From: Bacteroidia bacterium
GTDB lineage: Bacteria; Bacteroidota; Bacteroidia; AKYH767-A; OLB10
NCBI GenBank assembly: GCA_013001815.1
Contig: JABDLV010000091.1
Location: 1 to 50,423 of the forward strand
Length of the DNA stretch: 50,423 bases
Reading direction: 5' to 3'
The translations under genes were made by a program, and so were the position numbers. Under the pieces are notes generated by a model that saw only the letters and a program-made list of their open reading frames with translations, was not told the origin of the DNA and did not search any database. Shown in pieces: positions 34,280 to 45,321 of the stretch. Numbering within the stretch: the first letter of the stretch is position 1; each line of letters begins with the position of its first letter.

Positions 34280-35893
34280 CTAAACCACTTGTGCAACTTT
34301 TGGTGCAGCTTCCATAATTTCTTTAGAAGCTTCACTGGCAAATTCTTCAAAATTCTTTACAAACGAAGCGGCCAACTCTTGCGCTTTAGCATCATAAGCG
34401 GCTTTGTCGCTCCAGGTGTCTTTTGGATTTAGAATTTCATCCGGCACTTCTGGGCAAGATTTAGGTATCTCCAAACCAAACACCGGCATTGTTTGATAGT
34501 CAACGTTGCTCAATTCTCCTCTTAATGCAGCAGTAATCAATGCACGTGTATAAGAAAGTTTAATTCTTGAACCCGTTCCAAATGCTCCGCCTGTCCAGCC
34601 TGTGTTTACCAACCAAACGTTCACATCTCCATTTCTTAGTTTCTCACCAAGTAGGTCGGCATATTTTGTTGGGTGCAATGGTAAAAATGCTTTGCCAAAG
34701 CATGCAGAAAATGTTGCTTGCGGTTCATCAATTCCAACTTCAGTACCAGCCACTTTAGCAGTGTAACCGGATATAAAATGATACATGGCTTGTCCAACAG
34801 TAAGTTTAGATATTGGAGGTAATACACCAAAGGCATCTGCAGTTAAAAAGAAAATATTTTTCGGACTACTTCCTATAGATGGTTTTACCGCATTATCTAT
34901 ATGGTGTATTGGGTATGCAACTCTGGTATTTTGCGTTTTGCTAACATTTTCAAAGTCTACGGTTGAAGTATTTTCATAATATTCTATGTTTTCCAACATA
35001 GCACCAAACTTAATGGCTTTGAATATTTGTGGTTCTTTTTCTGCCGAAAGATCAATACATTTTGCATAGCATCCACCTTCAAAATTGAATACCGTATCAT
35101 CTGCCCAGCCGTGCTCATCATCACCTATTAAACCTCTACTAGGGTCTGCGCTTAAGGTGGTTTTACCTGTGCCGGATAAACCAAAGAAAATCGCTGTGTC
35201 TTTGTTTTCTCCAATGTTTGCACTGCAGTGCATAGAAAGAACATTTCTATGCTGAGGTAAAATGTAATTCAACACAGAAAAGATTCCCTTTTTAATTTCA
35301 CCTGTATAACCGGTTCCACCAATGATGATCATTTTTTTAGTGAAGTTAATCACTGCAAAATTGTGTTGGCGTGTACCATCTTTTTCAGGATTGGCTCTAA
35401 ATCCAGGTGCAGAAATGATATTCCACTCCGGTTCGAAGTCCATTATTTCTTCATGCGTTGGTCTTAAGAACATGTTGTATGCAAACATGTTTTGCCAAGG
35501 CAATTCTGTAACTACTCTTATGTTTAAACGGTGTTTTGGATCTGCACATGCATATGCATCGCGCACATAAACTTCTCTTCCGCTTAAGTAAGCAGTTATT
35601 TTCTCGTAAAGTTTATCAAAATTCTCAGGAGTAAATTTTATGTTGATGTCTCCCCACCAAACAGTTTTTTCTGTTTCTGCATCGCAAACAACAAATCGGT
35701 CTTTTGGTGAGCGTCCGGTAAATTCTCCGGTATCTATGGCAAGTGCTCCGCTGTCTGCCAAGCCTCCTTCACCGGTAATAATTGTTTCTTCTACTAATTC
35801 TGCAGGGGTTAAATTCCAATATGCAGCTGCTACGTTGTTAAGTCCTAATGAACTTACTGAAGCGTTTTTTCCTTTTACGCCAGTTTCAATCAT
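34280..35893 (-). CDS. pckA: Phosphoenolpyruvate carboxykinase (ATP)
   Basis: Motifs GRSPKDRF, FFGLSGTGKTTLS and IGDDEHGW. ATG at 35893 (MIETG...) is preferred over the TTG at 35899. Confidence 0.93.
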   Translation of the reverse strand: MIETGVKGKNASVSSLGLNNVAAAYWNLTPAELVEETIITGEGGLADSGALAIDTGEFTGRSPKDRFVVCDAETEKTVWWGDINIKFTPENFDKLYEKITAYLSGREVYVRDAYACADPKHRLNIRVVTELPWQNMFAYNMFLRPTHEEIMDFEPEWNIISAPGFRANPEKDGTRQHNFAVINFTKKMIIIGGTGYTGEIKKGIFSVLNYILPQHRNVLSMHCSANIGENKDTAIFFGLSGTGKTTLSADPSRGLIGDDEHGWADDTVFNFEGGCYAKCIDLSAEKEPQIFKAIKFGAMLENIEYYENTSTVDFENVSKTQNTRVAYPIHHIDNAVKPSIGSSPKNIFFLTADAFGVLPPISKLTVGQAMYHFISGYTAKVAGTEVGIDEPQATFSACFGKAFLPLHPTKYADLLGEKLRNGDVNVWLVNTGWTGGAFGTGSRIKLSYTRALITAALRGELSNVDYQTMPVFGLEIPKSCPEVPDEILNPKDTWSDKAAYDAKAQELAASFVKNFEEFASEASKEIMEAAPKVAQVV

Positions 35894-35981
35894 ATTCAAA
35901 TTTGAAATGTTTAGGGGGCAAAAATAAGATGATTATCAGAAGAATAACACTTTTTTTATGGTTAAGGTCTGATTTTAGTGG

Positions 35982-36518
35982 TTAACGTTTGTGAATAGCT
36001 GGCGAATTCTCATAAATCTGTACCAGCTCATTTCCTTCAAAGGCTTTTTTCATGCTATCCACAAAACTTTCTTGTTCTTCCTCTCCTAATTCAGAGAGGG
36101 TAAAGCAGAAATCTACTTCTCCTTCACGTCCCCAGGGCATGTCTTCAAAGGCCACCTCTATTTCTGTATTTTCTTGATTTTCAGACATACATCTGTCCAT
36201 TATATTTCTGGCTTTCGGATCAACACCGGCTCCCCAGCTTATAAATGATATTATAATGCGGTATTCTTGTTCTCCTTCGTTCATTTTGTTTGCTTCATCT
36301 CTATTTTCAATAACTTCTTCCACCTCATTTGCTGCTTCTTCTACAATTCCCTCTGTTTTAGTTTTAATTCCGCCTTCTTCTCTATATACACTTCCTTTGC
36401 CGGGAGTAAGTTCAACCTTCTCATTTTCAGCCTTTTCTGCTGTTTCTTTGCTGGATTTGCACGCATTCATTCCGAAAATGAGCGCAGCGGTTATAAATAA
36501 GCTAAGTAATGTCTTCAT
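35982..36518 (-). CDS. Hypothetical lipoprotein with Glu-rich linker
   Basis: Lipobox GMNAC, a low-complexity E/K-rich region, then a compact C-terminal domain (ISFISWGAGVD...PWGREGEVDFCF). Confidence 0.6.
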   Translation of the reverse strand: MKTLLSLFITAALIFGMNACKSSKETAEKAENEKVELTPGKGSVYREEGGIKTKTEGIVEEAANEVEEVIENRDEANKMNEGEQEYRIIISFISWGAGVDPKARNIMDRCMSENQENTEIEVAFEDMPWGREGEVDFCFTLSELGEEEQESFVDSMKKAFEGNELVQIYENSPAIHKR

Positions 36519-36558
36519 AATTGGTTTTTTCTTTTTGACGGGCTAAAGGTAAATAAGT

Positions 36559-37263
36559 TTATTTATCTCTATAAGGGAAAGTTTTGCTGAATTTTTTGGT
36601 CAGGTGTTCTATCATTTCATTTGCCCGAACGTTATAATCTGTTGCACGAACATATTTGTCTTTATATAATAAAGTGCCATCCGAGCCATTAAATAGAGAA
36701 CATTCCGCCCTAATATCATGTGTTTTAGAAATTCCATATGGAACAGGAGAAACGCCATATGGAGGATAACCCATAACACCTTCTAATATATCAACTCCTA
36801 AATCAATACCAAAAGATGCCAAGTCAGACATATACCTTGTTTTTTCCACTTTGCTTTGAATCACTGCATCAACACCCAAAGTTTTTGCTAAACTCTCCGG
36901 TGTCTCTGTCCAAGATTGTCTAATGCTGATTTCATTTTCTTCTAAAATTCTATTTGTTCTCTCAACTGTTTGAATTGAAATTTGAATGTCTTTCTTTTTT
37001 GGACCCGACTGCTTTAATAAATTGTTGTACAGTGATATTTGAAATGCTCTGCTCTCACCATCTTCAATCTTTATTATTTGCTCTGGTGTTAAACCTTTAG
37101 GTTGCTTGCCTGAGAAAATCATTTGCACCGGTAAAACTGCAATTGTTTTGTGATTACTCGTTTTTGTTTTAAAATCATTAGAAACAAAGTCCGGTGTTGC
37201 ACAGGCACCAATTGTTAATGTAAATAGCGCAAGGATTGCATTTGAATAGTTGACTTTTTTCAT
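36559..37263 (-). CDS. Hypothetical lipoprotein (LpoB/TolB-N-like pattern, tentative)
   Basis: Lipobox TIGAC. KTIAVLPVQ and LGVDAVIQSKVEK resemble small periplasmic lipoprotein folds. The fold call is inference only. Confidence 0.55.
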   Translation of the reverse strand: MKKVNYSNAILALFTLTIGACATPDFVSNDFKTKTSNHKTIAVLPVQMIFSGKQPKGLTPEQIIKIEDGESRAFQISLYNNLLKQSGPKKKDIQISIQTVERTNRILEENEISIRQSWTETPESLAKTLGVDAVIQSKVEKTRYMSDLASFGIDLGVDILEGVMGYPPYGVSPVPYGISKTHDIRAECSLFNGSDGTLLYKDKYVRATDYNVRANEMIEHLTKKFSKTFPYRDK

Positions 37264-37429
37264 AGTGAATAGATTTAAGATTGCAATTATATAAATAATA
37301 AAGGTGTAGAAGGTATCTACACCCTTATACTTTCAGAATTTTTGAAAATGAGTGATAGAGATGGGTTTTTGCCTTTTACATTTGGCCAAAAATTAACGAA
37401 ATGAATTCAAATTTTTCTAATAAAATCAG

Positions 37430-37459
37430 TTGAAAATTCTACAAATAGATTTACTTTTG
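37430..37459 (+). promoter_or_regulatory. Bacteroidota-type promoter of katG (TTG-N19-TACTTTTG)
   Basis: TTG at 37430-37432, a 19-nt spacer, then TACTTTTG at 37452-37459, which fits TAnnTTTG. The -7 box ends 34 nt before the katG ATG. Confidence 0.6.
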
Positions 37460-37487
37460 AGGATAGAAATTAATATAGAAAACTTAA

Positions 37488-39710
<2,223 letters not shown>

Positions 39711-39738
39711 AATTGAATCTATAATTATTAAATAATAT

Positions 39739-39774
39739 AAAGGTGGTTCATTTTTGGACCACCTTTGTTTTTTC
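39739..39774 (+). terminator. Rho-independent terminator of katG
   Basis: AAAGGTGGTTCA (39739-39750) pairs with TGGACCACCTTT (39755-39766) around a TTTT loop, with one G-U pair. It is followed by GTTTTTT. Confidence 0.85.
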
Positions 39775-39781
39775 AGATATT

Positions 39782-40204
39782 ATGAATTACGAAAAAGAAA
39801 TCTTAGTCAATTGTACTCCCGAACAAGCGTTTAATGCACTAACTAAAGAATTGATTTTGTGGTGGGGAGAAGTAGATAATCAAATTGGCAAAGCCGGAGA
39901 TGGATTTACCATATTTTTTGGTGTTGAAGGATGGAAATTTAAAGTAATTGAATTTGAACCGAACGCCAAGCTAACATGGAAGTGTGTTGATGGACTGGTT
40001 AAATTTAATAAAGAGTGGATTGGAACCACTTTGTATTGGACCATAGAAGAGGAGGGAGATAAAACCAAAGTTAAGCTATTGCATGATGGATTGGTTCCTC
40101 AATTTGAGTGTTACGATATTTGTTCTACGACTTGGGATATGTTCATCACAGAAAGTCTGAAAAATTATTTAGAAACCGGAAAAGGAAATCCTCATACTGA
40201 ATAG
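39782..40204 (+). CDS. SRPBCC/AHSA1-like (START-fold) protein
   Basis: MNYEKEILVNCTPEQAFNALTKELILWWG is a typical Aha1/BPI-like N-terminus. The start was moved to ATG 39782 because the listed GTG extension overlaps the katG terminator. Confidence 0.75.
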   Translation: MNYEKEILVNCTPEQAFNALTKELILWWGEVDNQIGKAGDGFTIFFGVEGWKFKVIEFEPNAKLTWKCVDGLVKFNKEWIGTTLYWTIEEEGDKTKVKLLHDGLVPQFECYDICSTTWDMFITESLKNYLETGKGNPHTE

Positions 40205-40208
40205 GAGA

Positions 40209-40490
40209 TTAGATGTTCAGCATTTCCTTCAGTTCCTTTAAATAGATTTCAAACTCTTTTTTGCCTTGTGCAGTTAATGCACAGTTGGTGTGCGGATAAT
40301 TGTTTTTAAACGATTTTTTCACCTTAATATAACCTGCCTCTTGCAGTTTGGTTATTTGCACGCTTAAATTTCCTTTACTCGCACCTGTTACTTCTATTAG
40401 TTTTTTAAAATCAGCATAATCTACATTAGCCAAAAAACTAATAATTGCTAAGCGCAACTCTTGGTGTAGTATGGTGTTAAGCTTGCCCAT
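40209..40490 (-). CDS. Small winged-helix transcriptional regulator (HTH_34/ArsR-MarR-like)
   Basis: A 93-aa protein. LRLAIISFLANVDYADFKKLIEVTGASKGNLSVQITKLQEAGYIKVKK is a wHTH pattern. It overlaps the upstream membrane-protein gene by 14 nt. Confidence 0.75.
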   Translation of the reverse strand: MGKLNTILHQELRLAIISFLANVDYADFKKLIEVTGASKGNLSVQITKLQEAGYIKVKKSFKNNYPHTNCALTAQGKKEFEIYLKELKEMLNI

Positions 40491-41037
40491 TTTCTTGATT
40501 TCTCAACATAAACCCGGGAATAACATAACCCAATAAAATAGAAGCTGCAAAGACTAATCCATGATAAGGTAATTCCACAACATATGCACATAGCAAAGAA
40601 CCGGCAACTAGTGCCATACCTCCTAAAATAAAAGGGGTAAATTTTGCTATACCACCACTTACAAATGTGGCATAACCTGCCAACATTAGTATTAATATAT
40701 GAGGTGAAAAATCATACTTAAATGATAAAGGAAGAGAGAGAATGAGCAATGCAATGAATGCACCCCATGTATAATTGTAAATTCTGTCTCCCACGGTTTG
40801 TGCACCTGCCCGTTTTCCTTCTCTAAACCCATAAATACCCGCAACAATTCCACCAACAATTCCGACTATTGGCCAAACCATATATGCTTTCTCTGATTCA
40901 ATAAAAAGGTATTCTGCTATGCCTGCCGGCACTAATAGCAGTCCCCATAAAATAAAGTAAAATGAATTGCGATGTAATGAGCGTTTGCTCTCTTTGTACA
41001 TGCTCTCAATAATTTCTATGCTTTTTGATGTTTCCAT
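40477..41037 (-). CDS. Hypothetical multi-pass membrane protein co-transcribed with the wHTH regulator
   Basis: Five to six hydrophobic helices. I recognise no family. Confidence 0.6.
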   Translation of the reverse strand: METSKSIEIIESMYKESKRSLHRNSFYFILWGLLLVPAGIAEYLFIESEKAYMVWPIVGIVGGIVAGIYGFREGKRAGAQTVGDRIYNYTWGAFIALLILSLPLSFKYDFSPHILILMLAGYATFVSGGIAKFTPFILGGMALVAGSLLCAYVVELPYHGLVFAASILLGYVIPGFMLRNQENGQA

Positions 41038-41053
41038 AACTAAATTGTTTTAA

Positions 41054-41092
41054 AGTTTATACAAATATAAACTAGTTTATAATATAAACCAA
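41054..41092 (-). promoter_or_regulatory. Predicted promoter (TTG-N20-TATATTTG, minus strand) overlaid by two adjacent palindromes sharing the half-site AGTTTATA
   Basis: On the minus strand, TTG is at 41092-41090 and TATATTTG at 41069-41062. Palindrome 1 is AGTTTATA-caaa-TATAAACT (41054-41073). Palindrome 2 is GTTTATA-a-TATAAAC (41075-41089). Confidence 0.55.
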
Positions 41093-41184
41093 ATAAATGT
41101 TCATTTATTTTTCAATTACTATGGCATTTAATAAAACTTAAAGGGTTAAAAAGCCGTATCCTTGCACTCCTTTAGAAAAAAATA

Positions 41185-42783
41185 ATGGTTCAATTTATTA
41201 GAAAGCGCACTAAAAATGCCAAAAATGACATTTTAAGTGGTTTAACAGTAGCTCTGGCATTAGTACCCGAGGCAGTAGCATTTGCATTTGTGGCAGGGGT
41301 AGAACCCTTGGTAGGTTTGTATGCTGCTTTTATGATTGGCTTAATTACTGCTGCATTTGGTGGTAGACCCGGAATGATTTCAGGTGCTACGGGTGCACTA
41401 GCAGTGGTAATGGTTAGCCTGGTTGCTGACGGGAATAAAATGGGAGCACCTGAAGAGAATCTTGGATTGTATTATTTGTTTGCCACAGTTATTTTAATGG
41501 GAGCCATTCAAATTGTTGTAGGCCTTTTTAAACTAGGAAAGTTTGTTCGCTTAATTCCACACCCGGTAATGATGGGATTTGTAAACGGTTTAGCCATTGT
41601 AATTTTTCTTTCTCAATTAGACATGTTTAAAGAATTTGTTAACGGAGAAATGGTTTGGCTACATGGTTCTAAGCTATATATAATGGCTGGTTTGGTATTT
41701 CTTACCATGGCTATTATGTACTTCTTACCAAAGCTGAGCAAAAAGTTACCCGAAGCTTTGATTGCCATTGGTGTGGTATCGGCAATTGTAATTTTAGGAA
41801 AGGTAGATATTGCAACTGTTGGTTCTTTTATAAGAGATGGAGGAGGGGAAGGCTTAAAAGGAGGGTTACCACAATTTCAATTCGAGTTATTTAATAAAGT
41901 TCCTTTTACCTGGGAGTCTATAAAATTCATTGGTCCTTACGCTATAATTCTTGCCGCTATTGGTTTAATTGAATCATTAATGACCTTGAATTTAATTGAT
42001 GAGTTAACTGAAACACGTGGTAGTTCAAATAGAGAATGTGTTGCACAAGGCGGAGCGAACATTATTACCGGTTTGTTTGGTGGTATGGGCGGTTGCGCCA
42101 TGATTGGTCAATCATTAATTAATATTAAATCAGGTGGAAGAACTCGATTATCCGGTATTGTGGCTGCCATAACCTTATTGGCATTTATTTTATTTGCTTC
42201 TTCATTTATTGAGCAAGTTCCAATAGCTGCACTAGTTGGCGTAATGTTTATGGTGGTTATCGGTACGTTTGCATGGAGTAGTTTTAGAATATTAAATAAA
42301 ATTCCTTTAAGTGATGCACTGGTATTAATAAGTGTTTCTGCTCTTACCGTAATTTTTGATTTAGCCATTGCCGTAATTGCAGGTATTATTATGAGTGCGT
42401 TGGTTTTCTCTTGGGAAAATGCAAAACGCATTCGTGCTCGAAAACGCACACTGGATGATGGCACCAGAGTGTATGAAATTTGGGGACCATTATTTTTTGG
42501 TAGTATTCAGGAATTTAAAAACAAGTTTGACATTAAGAATGACCCGGATAAAGTGATTATTGATTTTATGGAATCTCGCGTGGCAGACCACTCTGCTTTA
42601 GAGGCGCTATTTCAGTTGGTAGAAAAATATGAAGCAGCCGGAAAAGAATTGCATGTGCAGCATTTAAGTGAAGAGTGTCAGGAATTAATGATTAAAGCAT
42701 CACCAAAGCTTGCCAAGGTTATTGATAAGAGTATAGATGACCCTCGCTATCATGTAATGTCGAAGGTAAATGAGCGTGTGTAG
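41185..42783 (+). CDS. SulP-family anion transporter with C-terminal STAS domain
   Basis: Typical SulP N-terminus (DILSGLTVALALVPEAVAFAFVAGV), about 10-12 TM helices, and a C-terminal STAS-like region (VIIDFMESRVADHSALEAL). Confidence 0.9.
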   Translation: MVQFIRKRTKNAKNDILSGLTVALALVPEAVAFAFVAGVEPLVGLYAAFMIGLITAAFGGRPGMISGATGALAVVMVSLVADGNKMGAPEENLGLYYLFATVILMGAIQIVVGLFKLGKFVRLIPHPVMMGFVNGLAIVIFLSQLDMFKEFVNGEMVWLHGSKLYIMAGLVFLTMAIMYFLPKLSKKLPEALIAIGVVSAIVILGKVDIATVGSFIRDGGGEGLKGGLPQFQFELFNKVPFTWESIKFIGPYAIILAAIGLIESLMTLNLIDELTETRGSSNRECVAQGGANIITGLFGGMGGCAMIGQSLINIKSGGRTRLSGIVAAITLLAFILFASSFIEQVPIAALVGVMFMVVIGTFAWSSFRILNKIPLSDALVLISVSALTVIFDLAIAVIAGIIMSALVFSWENAKRIRARKRTLDDGTRVYEIWGPLFFGSIQEFKNKFDIKNDPDKVIIDFMESRVADHSALEALFQLVEKYEAAGKELHVQHLSEECQELMIKASPKLAKVIDKSIDDPRYHVMSKVNERV

Positions 42784-42793
42784 TGGGTTTGTG

Positions 42794-43159
42794 CTAAGCT
42801 TTTATTGTTCCACTTCTATATAAATCCAAAGCTTCATTTAATAATGACTTTATAGTCTTCACCAGTAAATCTTTCTTGGGGTTTACTCTAAAAATTTTCA
42901 TTCTAGATCTATTTCCTGCTTCTAGTTTAGGATGTTCCAATCTTTTTCCCTCAACAAAAAGGATGTATGGTTCTTCTGTTTTTTTATCTGTCCATAAATA
43001 ACAGAACATTTTCTTTTTGTAGCAGAAGCAAGGCATGCCGTATTTTTTTGTTTCAGTTACATTAGCATCTTGTTCAAGAATAATTTTGCGCAAAGCAAGT
43101 AAGCAGCTCTTGTTTGGTTCTGTTTGGTTTAAAAAGAATTTATCAATTTCACTTATCAT
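42794..43159 (-). CDS. DUF1801 (YdhG-like) domain protein
   Basis: MISEIDKFFLNQTEPNKSCLLALRKIILEQD...YGMPCFCYKKKMFCYLW. The start was moved to ATG 43159 so that it does not overlap the upstream gene. Confidence 0.65.
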   Translation of the reverse strand: MISEIDKFFLNQTEPNKSCLLALRKIILEQDANVTETKKYGMPCFCYKKKMFCYLWTDKKTEEPYILFVEGKRLEHPKLEAGNRSRMKIFRVNPKKDLLVKTIKSLLNEALDLYRSGTIKA

Positions 43160-43160
43160 T

Positions 43161-43532
43161 TTATTCGACCAACGATTTGAATCCGCCATAGACCATACGA
43201 TTGGCATCAAAAATTACCTTTGACGGATCAATTAGCGGTGCAATTAAATCATTCATTCTTGGGTCGGCTGCCACTCGTTTGTTTGCAAGGTCGCGTGCTT
43301 CACGAGATTCAAACACTACCCATCCAAATAAAATTGCCTCATCAGCTTTTGCATCTATGGCATCAGGAAAAGAACGCGTACTCTCCAATGTTAAATCCTC
43401 ACCTACATATTCAAAGTAGTCCAGAGCACCGTGCTCTTTCCAAATTCCTGCAACTCTTTCTGATACTTTCTTGTATTCATTCAAATGTTTTTGCGGAATG
43501 GGAAGGACGAATCCATCAATGTAATTTTTCAT
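43161..43532 (-). CDS. DUF1428 domain protein
   Basis: MKNYIDGFVLPIPQKHLNEYKKVSERVAGIWKEHGAL and FGWVVFESREARD are typical of DUF1428. Confidence 0.7.
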   Translation of the reverse strand: MKNYIDGFVLPIPQKHLNEYKKVSERVAGIWKEHGALDYFEYVGEDLTLESTRSFPDAIDAKADEAILFGWVVFESREARDLANKRVAADPRMNDLIAPLIDPSKVIFDANRMVYGGFKSLVE

Positions 43533-43565
43533 GTTTTAATTTATTTATAACCACAAAATGTCTCT

Positions 43566-44699
43566 TTAGTTGTATTGTTTCCACCATTCCGTCTTTGCAA
43601 AATCTGCATTACCTAAAATGATTGATTCTCCTATTTGCGGTGTGGAAATGGGAACCCCCATCTCATTGGCATTTGCTGTAACTCTATCAATTGGATCAGT
43701 CCAGCTATGTGTTGCCAAAGAAAATGAGCCCCAATGAATGGGTAAAATTAATTCAGCACCTATGTCTCTTCCCGCTTGTACGGTTTCTTCCGGAGTCATA
43801 TGCACATCAGCCCATAGTTCATTGTATTGCCCACATTCCAGCAAGCCAATATCAAACGGTCCATACTTTTCACCAATCTTATTAAAGCGGTCTCCATATC
43901 CACCATCACCACTAAAGTACACACTGTGTTCGGATCCTTTTATAATCCAGGAACCCCACAGCGTAGCAAATTGGTCATTCATGCCTCTACCGGACATGTG
44001 CTTTGATGGTGCGCAGATTATTTGTAGTTCATCCAATGTGTTCTCATCCCACCAGTCCATTTCATGTATGTTGTCCCATGAAATACCCCATGATGCCAAG
44101 TGATTACCAACTGCAAGCGGCACATAAAATTGTTTGGTTATTGATTTCAGTTTTGCAATGGATTCATAATCCAAATGATCATAATGATCATGTGAAATAA
44201 TTACCGCATCTATAAATGGAAGACTCTCTATGTTAATGGGCATTTCTTCATTGTATCGCTGTCTTCCCAACCAAGGGTGAGGGGACGCATATTGACCAAA
44301 AACAGGATCGAATAAAATCCTTTTGCCGTCTATCTCCAACAATATGGTAGAATGACCAAACCACGTTACTCTGGTTAACGTATCAGGAAAGGTGGCAAGC
44401 TCCATGCTGTCTATTTTTATAACCGATATATTCTGACTTGGCGATAGGTTGGGGTGGGGATTGAACATTTCTCGCATCATTTTTTTAATGCTATGACAAT
44501 CCATTTCCATATTGAACGCACCTGAATTTTGAAATTTACCATTTACATATTGAGGCGAGGATTTATATTCTTTGGCACGCATCTCACTGGCAGTTCCACC
44601 AAACTGTTCTGAAAAAGTAATGAACCAAAACCCGGATAGTAAAAGTATTACAATAATACTTCCGAGTGTTATTCCGGTGATTTTAAGAATTCGTTTCAT
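43566..44699 (-). CDS. Membrane-anchored MBL-fold metallo-hydrolase (NAPE-PLD-like)
   Basis: N-terminal TM helix, the HxHxDH motif VIISHDHYDHLD, and downstream His/Asp ligand blocks. Confidence 0.8.
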   Translation of the reverse strand: MKRILKITGITLGSIIVILLLSGFWFITFSEQFGGTASEMRAKEYKSSPQYVNGKFQNSGAFNMEMDCHSIKKMMREMFNPHPNLSPSQNISVIKIDSMELATFPDTLTRVTWFGHSTILLEIDGKRILFDPVFGQYASPHPWLGRQRYNEEMPINIESLPFIDAVIISHDHYDHLDYESIAKLKSITKQFYVPLAVGNHLASWGISWDNIHEMDWWDENTLDELQIICAPSKHMSGRGMNDQFATLWGSWIIKGSEHSVYFSGDGGYGDRFNKIGEKYGPFDIGLLECGQYNELWADVHMTPEETVQAGRDIGAELILPIHWGSFSLATHSWTDPIDRVTANANEMGVPISTPQIGESIILGNADFAKTEWWKQYN

Positions 44700-44733
44700 G
44701 TTAATTAGGGTAGTATTCTGAAGCTGTGATCGA

Positions 44734-45321
44734 TTATTCTTGCTTTTCTCTTTCCATTATTACAATTTCCCGTATTGAAACGCCATCTATTAACACATCT
44801 TTTAATACTGCTTCACCATCTTTTATGTTTACCAACGCATAGGCAGTTTGATTTGTGTCAATTTGTGAATCGCGATAAGCCAGTTCAGCATCATATGCTT
44901 TTGATTCTTCCATATAATATCTATTGAACGGGAAATCAATTGTTAGTTTGTTTGAACTATTACTTGTAATGTTTCTCACTTTGGTTTTTAAAAAGTCCCG
45001 GTTATCTGTTGAATGTTCTGTTGAAACGGAATCAATTTTTGCAAAACCCTCATCATCGGTTGTAAAAAAAACGTAAATAGTTTCACCTCTGACCCAATCC
45101 TCTTCATTTTGAATTTTAATTATATCATCTTCATAACGAAGAGTTATGTATTTCCCCCTGAAAGGGTCAGTTGGGTCAATTGGTTCGGTTTTGAATTTGT
45201 ATTCTGTTCCTGTATCCATTATATCTTCTCTGTCAAGAATCATTTTGGCAGGTACATACAATTGCGCTAAGGCAACCAAAACAAATGCAGGCAATAATAT
45301 TTTCTTGGTCATGTTAATCAT
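44734..45321 (-). CDS. GDYXXLXY domain protein (membrane-anchored)
   Basis: N-terminal anchor. DPTDPFRGKYITLRY matches the family-naming motif. Its ATG overlaps the stop of the upstream gene (ATGATTAA). Confidence 0.7.
   Translation of the reverse strand: MINMTKKILLPAFVLVALAQLYVPAKMILDREDIMDTGTEYKFKTEPIDPTDPFRGKYITLRYEDDIIKIQNEEDWVRGETIYVFFTTDDEGFAKIDSVSTEHSTDNRDFLKTKVRNITSNSSNKLTIDFPFNRYYMEESKAYDAELAYRDSQIDTNQTAYALVNIKDGEAVLKDVLIDGVSIREIVIMEREKQE

Noticed and set aside
36256-36546. Plus-strand ORFs of 96 and 77 aa in the Glu-rich lipoprotein gene.
   Set aside because: They are the antisense reading of GAA/GAG-rich codons and give Phe/Ser-rich low-complexity peptides. This is a shadow-ORF artefact.
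37303-37323. A 7-bp hairpin GGTGTAG/CTACACC between the lipoprotein gene and katG.
   Set aside because: No T-run follows on the plus strand, and no upstream gene on the minus strand would need a terminator. It is too short to call a regulatory RNA element.
37355-37478. Repeated ATAG motifs upstream of katG, considered as a possible OxyR-type site.
   Set aside because: The complementary CTAT half-sites and the regular 7-nt spacing of the OxyR consensus are absent. The repeats are expected by chance in AT-rich DNA.
39743-39781. GTG-initiated N-terminal extension (MVHFWTTFVFSDI) of the SRPBCC gene in the ORF track.
   Set aside because: The extension is exactly the katG terminator hairpin and T-run. 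The conserved SRPBCC N-terminus begins at ATG 39782.
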